From positions 1 through 14,871 of the forward strand of contig JBBDRO010000113.1 of the NCBI GenBank assembly GCA_040905425.1: a stretch of DNA of 14,871 nt, written 5' to 3'. Shown here in pieces: positions 1 through 8,591 of the stretch (within the stretch, counting starts at the first letter, position 1; every line of letters begins with the position of its first letter). This DNA is from Gemmatimonadota bacterium (GTDB lineage Bacteria > Gemmatimonadota > Gemmatimonadetes > Longimicrobiales > RSA9). The translations under genes were made by a program, and so were the position numbers. The notes beneath the pieces were generated by a model. It was not told the origin of the DNA and searched no databases. It saw only the letters and a list, made by a program, of their open reading frames with translations.

Positions 1-1818
1 ACGCCGGCAGAACACTACGCCGACCCGGAGCTGCCCCTGAAGATCGTCCACCCCGACGACCGGGAAGCACTCCGCCAGCAGATGGAGGATCCGATGATCG
101 TGCGGGAGAGCGATGACCTGCGCTGGGTCCGCAAGGACGGGATGACCGTCTGGCTGGAAATGCGCAGCACGCTGATTCCGGGGCCGTACGGCCAGGCGAC
201 CGCGGTGGAGGGCATCGTGCGTGACGTGACCGCACGGCGCGAGCGGGACGAACGGCGGCGCATGCTGGAGGCGGCCGTTGAGGCGGCCAATGACTCGGTG
301 ATGATCACAACCGCCGACGGCCAGATCGAGTACGTCAACCCCGCTTTCTCCCGGATCACGGGCTGGAGCCGGGAGGCAGCCCTTGGACAGAATCCCCGCA
401 TCCTGCGTAGCGGCGCGCAGGACACGTCCTTCTACCGGCGCATGTGGCGCATGCTGACGAGCGGGTGGGCATTCCAGGGCCGCTTCGTGAACCGCCGGGC
501 CGACGGTAGCCTCTACACACAGGAGGCCACGATCGCCCCGCTGGCCGACGCGTCCGGCCGGGTGCTGCATTACGTGGCCGTGGCCCGCGACGTCACCGAC
601 CGGGAACTGCTGGAACGGCAGCTCCGGGAGGCGCAACTGACCGAGGTCGTGGGCCAGTTCGTGGCGGGGGTAGCGCACGATTTCCGCAATCTGCTCGGCA
701 TCGTGCGAGCCCAGGTACAGGAGGCCGCCGCATCCAGGACGGACGGCCGTTACCCCGAGGCGGAGCTGGCCCAGATCGACGCGGCGACGGAACGAGGGGT
801 CGAACTGGTCCGCAAGCTCCTGACCCTCGGCCGCACGGGGGAGGTGGCGCCCGCGCCCGTGTCCCTGGTTGAGATCCTCGAGGCGCTCGGGCCAGCGCTC
901 CGCACCATGCTGCCCCCATCCGTCACACTGAATCTCGATTTGCCCTCCAACGACACGCTCCTGGTGCACGCCGACCGGGGCGCGATCGAGCAGATCCTGC
1001 TGAACCTGGTGGGCAACGCCCGCGATGCCCTACCGGCCGGCGGCACGATCGCGCTACAGACCGAGCGCACCTGCGGCCTGGACGCGGCGCCGGGTGATCG
1101 CGTGGAGGGCATGACGGAGGAGCCCGCCAACGGCTGGGTCCGCCTGAGTGTGCGCGACGACGGCGTCGGCATGGCGCCCGACGTGCTGGAACGCATGTTC
1201 GAGCCGTTTTACACCACCAAGCCTCCGGGCCGGGGGACCGGTCTGGGCATGCCGATGGTGGTACGGCTGGCGCGGCTCCACGACGGGGTAGTGACGGTGC
1301 GCAGCTACCCGCGCGAGGGCACCACGGTGGCGCTGCTATTGCCCGCCCTGGCCGCCGCCGGAGAAGCGGAGCCGCCCGCGGCACCCAACGCGCAACACCT
1401 GCCGCGCGGGCGGGGCGAGCGGATCCTGGTGGTGGAGGACGAGGATCCGCTGCGTGAGGTCCAGCTCCGAGCGCTGGAACGGCTGGGCTACGCACCCGTG
1501 GGGGCACGGGACGGCGAGGAGGGGCTCCGCGTCCTCGAGGAGGAGGGCGCGCGTATCGGCCTGGTCATGACGGATCTCATCATGCCCGGTCGCGGCGGCA
1601 GGGCGCTCTACGATGACATGGGGCTGCTGGGGCTACGCGGCACGCCGGTCGTGTTCATGAGCGGCTATGCGCGGGCGGACCTGCCCGGGGTGGTCGGAGC
1701 GCGCTTCCTGGAGAAGCCGTGGACGCTCTACGAGCTGGCCCGCACGGTGGCGGGCGCCCTGGAGGACAACCGGCGTGCAGAGCCAGCCGAGGGGACCGGG
1801 GCCGCCGCCACCGCCTGA
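1..1818 (+). CDS. PAS-PAS hybrid sensor histidine kinase/response regulator (CckA-like architecture), 5'-truncated by the window edge
   Basis: Frame is open from base 1 (TPAEHYADPELPLKIVHPDDRE, PAS_3-type HPDD motif), so Met82 is not the real start. Second PAS (ANDSVMITTADGQIEYVNPAFSRITGW), H-box GVAHDFRNLL, N-box NLVGNARDA, DDGVGM, FEPFYTTK, GTGLGM. C-terminal receiver: ILVVEDE, VMTDLIMP, FMSGY, FLEKP. Confidence 0.93.
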   Translation, partial: TPAEHYADPELPLKIVHPDDREALRQQMEDPMIVRESDDLRWVRKDGMTVWLEMRSTLIPGPYGQATAVEGIVRDVTARRERDERRRMLEAAVEAANDSVMITTADGQIEYVNPAFSRITGWSREAALGQNPRILRSGAQDTSFYRRMWRMLTSGWAFQGRFVNRRADGSLYTQEATIAPLADASGRVLHYVAVARDVTDRELLERQLREAQLTEVVGQFVAGVAHDFRNLLGIVRAQVQEAAASRTDGRYPEAELAQIDAATERGVELVRKLLTLGRTGEVAPAPVSLVEILEALGPALRTMLPPSVTLNLDLPSNDTLLVHADRGAIEQILLNLVGNARDALPAGGTIALQTERTCGLDAAPGDRVEGMTEEPANGWVRLSVRDDGVGMAPDVLERMFEPFYTTKPPGRGTGLGMPMVVRLARLHDGVVTVRSYPREGTTVALLLPALAAAGEAEPPAAPNAQHLPRGRGERILVVEDEDPLREVQLRALERLGYAPVGARDGEEGLRVLEEEGARIGLVMTDLIMPGRGGRALYDDMGLLGLRGTPVVFMSGYARADLPGVVGARFLEKPWTLYELARTVAGALEDNRRAEPAEGTGAAATA

Positions 1819-2069
1819 GCGGCGCGGCGGCCCGCACCCCACTACTTCCGCTGTGCCACCACGACTACGACATTGCTGGTGGAAGTCTCGTAAACCGTCA
1901 GGGTGTTCCCGGAGATGGTGAAACGGTGGGTCGCGGAATCACTGCCGGCGCGCCTCACCGTGGAGCTGCGCGCGTATTGAAACGGACGTCCTGACCGGCA
2001 TCTGACCGCACCGGACGGGTGCTCGGGATGACGCCCAGCCGCCGGCCTGCCAACGTCACCCTTGTGCGG

Positions 2070-2085
2070 TGGGGGATTTGCCCCA
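2070..2085. promoter_or_regulatory. Palindromic operator TGGGGgA-tt-TGCCCCA, putative binding site of the NtrC-family regulator (autoregulation)
   Basis: One mismatch from the perfect dyad TGGGGCA-N2-TGCCCCA. Lies in the intergenic region ~160 bp upstream of the kinase start. Related sites at 14712-14727 and 14744-14759. Confidence 0.55.
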
Positions 2086-2243
2086 GTATTGGTAGCAGGG
2101 TTCCGGGACGCCTCACCCGTCCTGCCCCCAACGATGCGTTCCTGTTCCGCTTCCTCCCGAGCGGTTGCCGTTCTTCGGCCGTCCGTGACACGACACGGTC
2201 CGGACGACCACTAATCCGTTCTTCCGGACGTGGGGAGGCACGC

Positions 2244-4127
2244 ATGGGTATGGGGTCCGAGCCGCAGTCATGGGCCATCAAGGGTATGGGCAACCCCCTC
2301 TCCGGCCGGCTGGGTCGACGCCTGCTCGGCTGGTTCCTCCTCTTCTCTCTCCTGCCCCTCTTCGTGTCCAACACCGTCGGCTACCTGAAGAGCCAGGACA
2401 TCATCGAAGAGCTGGTGGAGCATTACCTGGCCACGCTCGCCGACGTGGAGGCGCAGCACATTCGTGGGCAGGTGGAACGCTACCTCCTCGACCTGCAGGC
2501 CATCGCGGCGGGGAACGAATTCCTGGCCGCTGGGATCGTGCGCGCGGCGGGGCGGGACGCCGGCGACATGGGGGCGGTGGCCTCGCCGGCCGCGGTGGCC
2601 CAGTACCTGGAGCGCAAGCATCTGGAGATGGCGGGCTTCGAGTCCATCTTCGTGGGCCGCACGGACGGCAGTGTGCTGATCGCCACCGAGCCCGTAGCGG
2701 CCGCCCTGCCCGGCTTCCATCTGGCCGGCACGGCGCCGATGATGCTGGAGCGGCTCAAAGGATCCGCGGCAGGCGCTGAGCCGCGCTTCCGCATCTGCGT
2801 GCCCGTGCGCAACGGGGCCGGAGAGATTGTGGGCCTCTTCGGCGGCGTCATCGGCCAGCGCGGTATTGCCACGTTCCTGGAGATCCCCGATCGCCTGGCC
2901 GGCTCCATCGAGAGCTTCATACTGGACGAGTACGGCCGTCCCCTGTTCGTGTCCCACACCCATGAACCTGCCGCACACGGGCTCCCCCTGGCCTCTCCCC
3001 TGCTCGGCCTGGAACCGGGCGCCTTCGCACGCTACCGGGACGCCGCCGGCAGCGAGGTGATTGCCACCAGCGTGCCGGTGGAAGGCTTCCCCTGGCACTA
3101 CGTGGCCCAGGCGCCGCTCGACGCCGCGCTGGCGCCGCTGCGCATGCTGCGCGGCGTTTCCGCCCTGCTCGAGGGGCTCCTGGCGGTCGGTCTGGCCGTC
3201 CTTGCCTGGCTTGTGGCCGGTCAGATCGTGGCCCCTGTGCGTCGTCTGGTGGCCGCGGCGCGGCGGGTCGGCCAGGGGGAGGCCATGGTGAGCGTGGAGC
3301 CCGCCGGCAGTGACGAGATCGGCGAGCTCACCACCGCATTCAATGACATGACGACCGAGCTGGCTACGGCTTCGGCCCGGGTGCGCCAGCTGCACCAGCG
3401 GGAGATCGAGCGGGCCAACCAGCTGGCCACGGTGGGAGAGCTGGCCAGCGGCGTGGCGCACGAGCTCAAGAACCCCCTCGTAGGGGTCTCCAACGGCATG
3501 GACCTGGTCCGGCGCCGTGTGGGTGAAGATCCCTCCGTAGCTCCGATCATGGACGAGATGGCGCGCCAGCTCGATCGCATGCACGGTGCCGTGCGTGATC
3601 TGCTGACCTTCGCGCGGCCCACCGCGCCGAAGCTCGAAGCGCTGGATGCCAATACGGTACTGGACAGGGCGGCCCGCCTCGTCCAGCCCGCCGCCGAGCA
3701 CGCGGGGGTGGAGCAGATCATTCGCGCCACCAGAGAACTCCCGCCGCTCCGTGCTGACGAGGAACTGCTCCGTCAGGCGCTGGTCAACCTGGCCATGAAC
3801 GCCGTACAGGCCACGCCGGAGGGCGGTTGCGTCAGCCTGTCCTCGCACTACGCCGATGGCTGCGTGGAAATGCGCGTGAGTGACACGGGGCGCGGCATAC
3901 CGCGTGACCAGCTCGCTGATATCTTCAAGCCGTTCTTCACGACGCGTCACAACGGCACCGGGCTGGGACTGTCCATCACCAGGGAGATCGTTGAACGTCA
4001 TGGCGGCCGCCTGGACGTGCGCAGCCGGCTGGGCCACGGCACCACGTTCTCCATCCATCTGCCCGTGAACATGAACGCGGGGTGCGCCCACACCGGCGCT
4101 CGCTCGTTGACGGGGGCCCGGACATGA
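2244..4127 (+). CDS. Membrane-bound sensor histidine kinase (TM - periplasmic Cache-like domain - TM - HAMP - HisKA - HATPase)
   Basis: GGAGG at 2234-2238 precedes ATG 2244 (alternatives 2250, 2286); the ORF-track start at 2019 is too far upstream. TM1 LLGWFLLFSLLPLFV, ~250-aa extracytoplasmic region, TM2 LLAVGLAVLAWLVA, HAMP (PVRRLVAAARRVGQGE...DEIGELTTAFNDM), H-box GVAHELKNPL, N-box NLAMNAVQA, FKPFFTT, GTGLGL. Confidence 0.93.
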   Translation: MGMGSEPQSWAIKGMGNPLSGRLGRRLLGWFLLFSLLPLFVSNTVGYLKSQDIIEELVEHYLATLADVEAQHIRGQVERYLLDLQAIAAGNEFLAAGIVRAAGRDAGDMGAVASPAAVAQYLERKHLEMAGFESIFVGRTDGSVLIATEPVAAALPGFHLAGTAPMMLERLKGSAAGAEPRFRICVPVRNGAGEIVGLFGGVIGQRGIATFLEIPDRLAGSIESFILDEYGRPLFVSHTHEPAAHGLPLASPLLGLEPGAFARYRDAAGSEVIATSVPVEGFPWHYVAQAPLDAALAPLRMLRGVSALLEGLLAVGLAVLAWLVAGQIVAPVRRLVAAARRVGQGEAMVSVEPAGSDEIGELTTAFNDMTTELATASARVRQLHQREIERANQLATVGELASGVAHELKNPLVGVSNGMDLVRRRVGEDPSVAPIMDEMARQLDRMHGAVRDLLTFARPTAPKLEALDANTVLDRAARLVQPAAEHAGVEQIIRATRELPPLRADEELLRQALVNLAMNAVQATPEGGCVSLSSHYADGCVEMRVSDTGRGIPRDQLADIFKPFFTTRHNGTGLGLSITREIVERHGGRLDVRSRLGHGTTFSIHLPVNMNAGCAHTGARSLTGART

Positions 4128-5569
4128 AGATCGAAGGCAGAGTAAAGCAGCCCCGGGAGAGCCGCCCGACCAGCGCACGCCCCGCCGCGTCGCGGCCAGG
4201 CCCTGCCGGACAACGCGTCGTCGTCTGTGATGATGAACTGCTCATCCGTATGTGGCTCGAGGACCACCTGCGGGAGGAGGGCTACGAGGTGGAGACGGTG
4301 GCGGACGGCGGCGCGCTCCTGAGCGCCCTCGATACCACACCCGCCGACCTGGTTCTGCTGGATCTGCGGCTTCCCGATGGCCTGGGCATCGATCTGCTTC
4401 CTGAGCTCAAGCAGGCGGACCCGTCCATGCCGGTGATCATGATGACGGCCTACGGCGAAGTCGAGACAGCGGTCTCCGCCGTGCGCCGCGGCGCCCACCA
4501 CTTCCTGGAAAAGCCCATCGCGCTTCCTGAACTGCTCCTGCTCATCGAGCAGGCGTTGGACACCCGGCGGCTGCGCAACGAGGTGGAGCGCTACCGGGAC
4601 GGCTTTCGCTGGCAGTTCGCCGGCGTGACACTCGTGGGTCGGTCGCTGGCCATGCGCCGGGTGGCGGAGCTCATCACGCGGATCGGCAGCCGCGGCGCGC
4701 CCACGTACGTGCTCATACGCGGTGACAGCGGCACCGGCAAGGATGTGGTGGCGCGCGCCATTCACGCTCGCGGGCCGCGGGCCGGCCGGCCCTTCATCAA
4801 CGTGAACTGCACCGCTCTGCCCGAGCACCTGGTGGAAAGTGAACTCTTCGGGCACGAACGAGGCGCGTTCACCGACGCACGCGAGGATAAGAAGGGGCTC
4901 TTCGAACTGGCCGACGGGGGCACCATCTTCCTGGACGAGATCGGTGACATGCCGCGCGCCGCGCAGGCCAAACTCCTGGGTGTCCTGGAGACCCACACCC
5001 TGCGCCGTGTGGGCGGCGTGCGTGACATCGAGGTGGACGTGCACGTGCTGGCCGCCACCAACCGGGACATCGAGGCCGCCGTGGGTCGCGGCGATTTCAG
5101 GGAGGATCTGTTCTATCGGCTGAACGTCGTGCCGATCATCCTGCCGGCGCTGCGCGAGCGCCCGGAGGACATCGGGCCGCTGGCGCTGCACTTCACGGCC
5201 ACGCTGGCAGGGGAGCTCCGTGCGCCGCCTCGCACGTTGACGCCGGAGGCGATCCAGCTGCTGGAGCGCAGTCCGTGGCCGGGCAACGCCCGCCAGTTGC
5301 GCAACATCCTGGAGCGGGCGCTGCTCCTGCACGACGGCGAAGTCCTGGGGGTGGAACAGCTGCCGGATGATTTAGTGGGCGTCGCGGGCGGGAAGGACGC
5401 CCCCCGCATGGTGCTGCCACCCACGGGGCTCAGCCTGGACGAGCTGGAGCGGGAACTCATCTGCCAGGCGCTGGAGCGTACCGACGGCAACAAGACGGGC
5501 GCGGCCCGCCTCCTCGGCCTCTCCCGTGACACGCTACGCTACAGGCTCGAGAAATACCGCATCGGGTGA
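4124..5569 (+). CDS. Sigma54-dependent response regulator, NtrC/AtoC family (REC - AAA+ - Fis HTH)
   Basis: ATG 4124 overlaps the kinase stop (ATGA). REC: VVVCDDE, LVLLDLRLPDG, MMTAYG, FLEKP. Walker A GDSGTGKD, ESELFGHERGAFTDA, Walker B IFLDEIG, FREDLFYRLNV, WPGNARQLRN. HTH GNKTGAARLLGLSRDTLRYRL. Confidence 0.96.
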   Translation: MKIEGRVKQPRESRPTSARPAASRPGPAGQRVVVCDDELLIRMWLEDHLREEGYEVETVADGGALLSALDTTPADLVLLDLRLPDGLGIDLLPELKQADPSMPVIMMTAYGEVETAVSAVRRGAHHFLEKPIALPELLLLIEQALDTRRLRNEVERYRDGFRWQFAGVTLVGRSLAMRRVAELITRIGSRGAPTYVLIRGDSGTGKDVVARAIHARGPRAGRPFINVNCTALPEHLVESELFGHERGAFTDAREDKKGLFELADGGTIFLDEIGDMPRAAQAKLLGVLETHTLRRVGGVRDIEVDVHVLAATNRDIEAAVGRGDFREDLFYRLNVVPIILPALRERPEDIGPLALHFTATLAGELRAPPRTLTPEAIQLLERSPWPGNARQLRNILERALLLHDGEVLGVEQLPDDLVGVAGGKDAPRMVLPPTGLSLDELERELICQALERTDGNKTGAARLLGLSRDTLRYRLEKYRIG

Positions 5570-5600
5570 GCTGGGTCGGCCTTCCGCCCCCGGGCGGCCG

Positions 5601-6770
5601 TCACTGGATCGGGGCGTCGACCACCACGTAGCCGAGGACCGTGAACACCACCACGTAGACCAGCGCCAGCAGGGCCGCGGCCGTCCAGCCGGGGCTCCGT
5701 TCCTCACGCGCCGCGCGCCGATCCAGGAACGGCAGGAACAGCAGCACGACCGCCGCCAGCCCGAAGCCGAGGACGCCCACCAGCTCACCCTCGATGCCCA
5801 GGACGTGGGCGGGGACGTACTTCAGCGTCTGGAACATGAACATGAAGTACCATTCGGGCCGGATACCGGCGGGCGCCGGCGCGAACGCATCGGCCTTCAC
5901 GCCCAGGTGGGCCGGGAAGAACGCCGCCATGCTCGCCAGAATGGCCAGCGCCACCAGCCAGCCGATGAGATCACGCAGCAGGAAATTCGGGAAGAAGGGC
6001 AGCTCCCGCAGGTTGGCCTGCGGAATACCGATGGGTACGCTCATGCCATGGCGCTGCACCAGAAGGACATGGACGCCTATGAGCAGGGCGGCCGCGGCGG
6101 GCAGGACGGAGATGTGCAGCGCGTAGAACCGGGTGAGCGTGGCGCCGGTGACATCCACGCCGCCGCGCAGCACGCGACCGATGAAGGGGCCGATCACCGG
6201 CAGGACGGTGGGCACCTCGGTGCCCACCCGGGTGGCGAAGAGCGCCACCTCGTTCCAGGGCAGCAGGTAGCCCGTGAATCCCAGCCCCAGCACCACCACC
6301 ATCAGCGCCACGCCGGTCATCCAGGTGAGCTCGCGCGGCCGACGGTACGCCTTCAGCACCAGCGTGCTGAACAGGTGGACCAGCAGGGTGAACACCATGA
6401 GGTTGGCACCCCACGCATGGATCGAGCGGATCAGCCAGCCGAACTTCACCTCGGACATCAGGAACTGCACCGACTGATAGGCCTCTTCCGCACTCGGACG
6501 GTAGTAGAAGAGCAGCAGGATGCCCGTGGCCACCTGCAGGAGGAAGAGGAAGGCCACCATGCCGCCCAGGTAATACCAGACGGAGTGGCGGTGGATCGGC
6601 ACCTTCTTCTTTCTGGCCAGCGGGGCCAGGGCGCTGAAGCCCAGGCGGTCGTCCAGCCACGCCGCCAGCCGGTCCAGACGGCCGGGCGGTTGCGCGGTCG
6701 GAGGCGGCGTGCGCTCCGGCGCACCGGGCGCTGCCACGGGCGGTGGTGGGGAGGTGAGGTGGCTACTCAT
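5601..6770 (-). CDS. qcrB: Cytochrome b subunit of a Rieske/cytochrome b (bc/b6f-type) complex; b6-like and subunit IV-like parts in one chain
   Basis: YYLGG...[51 protein letters not shown], Qo motif PEWY, LPFLD. Four heme-b His ligands (RSIH, LVH, ALH, GVH). Confidence 0.96.
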   Translation of the reverse strand: MSSHLTSPPPPVAAPGAPERTPPPTAQPPGRLDRLAAWLDDRLGFSALAPLARKKKVPIHRHSVWYYLGGMVAFLFLLQVATGILLLFYYRPSAEEAYQSVQFLMSEVKFGWLIRSIHAWGANLMVFTLLVHLFSTLVLKAYRRPRELTWMTGVALMVVVLGLGFTGYLLPWNEVALFATRVGTEVPTVLPVIGPFIGRVLRGGVDVTGATLTRFYALHISVLPAAAALLIGVHVLLVQRHGMSVPIGIPQANLRELPFFPNFLLRDLIGWLVALAILASMAAFFPAHLGVKADAFAPAPAGIRPEWYFMFMFQTLKYVPAHVLGIEGELVGVLGFGLAAVVLLFLPFLDRRAAREERSPGWTAAALLALVYVVVFTVLGYVVVDAPIQ

Positions 6771-6771
6771 G

Positions 6772-7311
6772 TCACGCGTTCCTGCTGACCACGATCTGAT
6801 CGCCCCGTTCGTTCACCGTGTAGATGGGTAGGGGCGTCGGCGGCGGGCCGGAGATGTTCATGCCGTTCAGGTCGTAATGGCCATTGTGGCACGCGCACCA
6901 TATGTGTTCCAGGTCATCGCGGTACTGCACCGTGCAGTCGAGGTGCGTGCAGCGTCCGCTGAAGGCGCGCAGTTCGCCGCTCCTGGTGCGCACCAGGAGA
7001 CCCGCCTGGCTGCCGAACTTGAAGGTGCGCCCCGAATTGGGCGGCATGTCCGCGGGCCGGAAGGGTACCACGACGCTGTTCACGGCCGCCTCCGCGATCG
7101 TGGGTGGCACGAGAAAGCGCACCACCGGGTAGAGCACGGCCGCCATGAACCCGGCCCCGCTCACGCCAAGGATCCAGTCCACGAAGCGCCGCCTGCTCAC
7201 AGCCGGGGTCACCGCCAGGGCGGGCTGGCCGTCGGCCTCGCCGCACGGCTTCGGGCAATCGCGGCACTCCCCCAGCGCTCGATGATTACCATCCTTGCCA
7301 GGCGCGCTCAT
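6772..7311 (-). CDS. qcrA: Rieske [2Fe-2S] subunit with Tat-type membrane anchor
   Basis: Tat motif SRRRFV followed by a hydrophobic helix. Box I CTHLDC, box [17 protein letters not shown]. Start overlaps the upstream stop (ATGA); ends 1 bp before cytochrome b. Confidence 0.95.
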   Translation of the reverse strand: MSAPGKDGNHRALGECRDCPKPCGEADGQPALAVTPAVSRRRFVDWILGVSGAGFMAAVLYPVVRFLVPPTIAEAAVNSVVVPFRPADMPPNSGRTFKFGSQAGLLVRTRSGELRAFSGRCTHLDCTVQYRDDLEHIWCACHNGHYDLNGMNISGPPPTPLPIYTVNERGDQIVVSRNA

Positions 7312-8591
7312 GATCCGTTCCTTCCTGGCGGCGCGCCTGCCGGCGCCCGGCCTTCCATGTCATTGATCTTCAACACCAGGCCCACGACCAGCAGGGCAAT
7401 GAGCCCGGCGGACATCGCCAGTCCGTAGCGTCGCTCCTTGTGCTCCCGGAGCGCCGTCCGCCCCCGCTCCTCGGCGCGGTCGGCAATGTCCAGCCCCACG
7501 GCCACTTCCTCCCGCACCGGCTCCACGCTCAGCGTGTGCACCGCCGTCCGTGCCTTGGTCAGCGCCGTGCCCACATCCTCCAGTTCGAAGAGCGCCTGGC
7601 TCACCTCCATGCCCAGGTCCTCGGCGTGCAGCAACACCTCATGCCCCGCCGCCTGGCTGCTACGCAGTTCGTCGATGAGATCGTGCATCTCCACGAACGC
7701 CAGCGCGCCGGGTTCGCCGGGGTCGTGGCAGTCGCCGCACAGGCCCTGCGCCCGGGACAGCAGCAGACCGTCCGTCGGTGGCTCGATGGCGTGGTGCTCA
7801 TGGCAGGTGGTACAGCCGGGCAGGCCCGCGGCCACGAAGGGCTCCACGTGGCCACTGCCGGTGAAGAAGTCCTGGACGGTGGCGTGGCACTGGCCGCACA
7901 CGTTGCGGACGGACGCCACACCGGGCGGGGCCGCGCCATGATTGCCATGGCAGTCGTTGCACGTGGGCGCCGAGAGGTCCCCTTCCTCCTCCATGGCACG
8001 GCCATGAACGCTGCCTCGCCAGGCGTCCTGTTGATCCGCCCGGTGGCCACGCGCCGCCATGAGTTCCACGTCGGCATGGCAGCGACCGCACGTGAGAGCA
8101 ACCGTGGCCGGGTGCACGCTCGACTCGGTATCGTCGGGCGGCAGGATCCGGTGCGGCGGGTGGCAGTCCGCGCACGTGGCCACGTCGGCGTCGCCCGCGG
8201 CCAGGCCACGGCCATGGGCGGAGGAGCGGTACTCGATAAGCTGGTCCACGCGCATGCCGGGATCGAACGTCTTCATGTAGTCGGCATCGCCGTGGCAACG
8301 GTCACAGAGGACGGGGATATCCTGCCGCTCGGGCCGTATCATGGCCGCCGTACCGGCGCCACCCCCGTGGCAGGACAGGCAGTCGAGCCCGTTCTGGCCA
8401 TGGACGTCCTCGGTGGCGAAGTCGCGCGCCGGGGCGGCGAGCCGCTCCTCCTTCTGCTCCAGATGGCAGGCCATGCAGGCCTCCGCCCGCACGGCTGGTC
8501 CCTGCGCCGACGCGCCAGCCGCGCCACCGACGAGCACCGCCATGACCGCGCTCAGCGCGAGCCCTGTGCCGGGTCCGTGCGGGCGCCTCAT
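7308..8591 (-). CDS. Nonaheme cytochrome c with C-terminal helical stalk and transmembrane anchor (occupies the cytochrome c1 slot)
   Basis: ATG 8591 overlaps the upstream stop (ATGA). Signal peptide ...VLVGGAAGASA|Q. Nine CxxCH: CMACH, CLSCH, CDRCH, CADCH, CGRCH, CNDCH, CGQCH, CTTCH, CGDCH. About 90 aa charged helical region, then TM YGLAMSAGLIALLVVGLVL. Confidence 0.9.
   Translation of the reverse strand: MRRPHGPGTGLALSAVMAVLVGGAAGASAQGPAVRAEACMACHLEQKEERLAAPARDFATEDVHGQNGLDCLSCHGGGAGTAAMIRPERQDIPVLCDRCHGDADYMKTFDPGMRVDQLIEYRSSAHGRGLAAGDADVATCADCHPPHRILPPDDTESSVHPATVALTCGRCHADVELMAARGHRADQQDAWRGSVHGRAMEEEGDLSAPTCNDCHGNHGAAPPGVASVRNVCGQCHATVQDFFTGSGHVEPFVAAGLPGCTTCHEHHAIEPPTDGLLLSRAQGLCGDCHDPGEPGALAFVEMHDLIDELRSSQAAGHEVLLHAEDLGMEVSQALFELEDVGTALTKARTAVHTLSVEPVREEVAVGLDIADRAEERGRTALREHKERRYGLAMSAGLIALLVVGLVLKINDMEGRAPAGAPPGRNGS

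Noticed and set aside
4860..4880. GAFTDA instead of GAFTGA in the activator as a sign of sigma54 independence
   Set aside because: GAFTDA is a common natural variant retaining the key F and T; all other AAA+ motifs are intact.
5570..5600. GC hairpin (CCGCCC/GGGCGG) between the convergent regulator and cytochrome b genes
   Set aside because: Short stem with no U-tract on either strand; cannot be called an intrinsic terminator.
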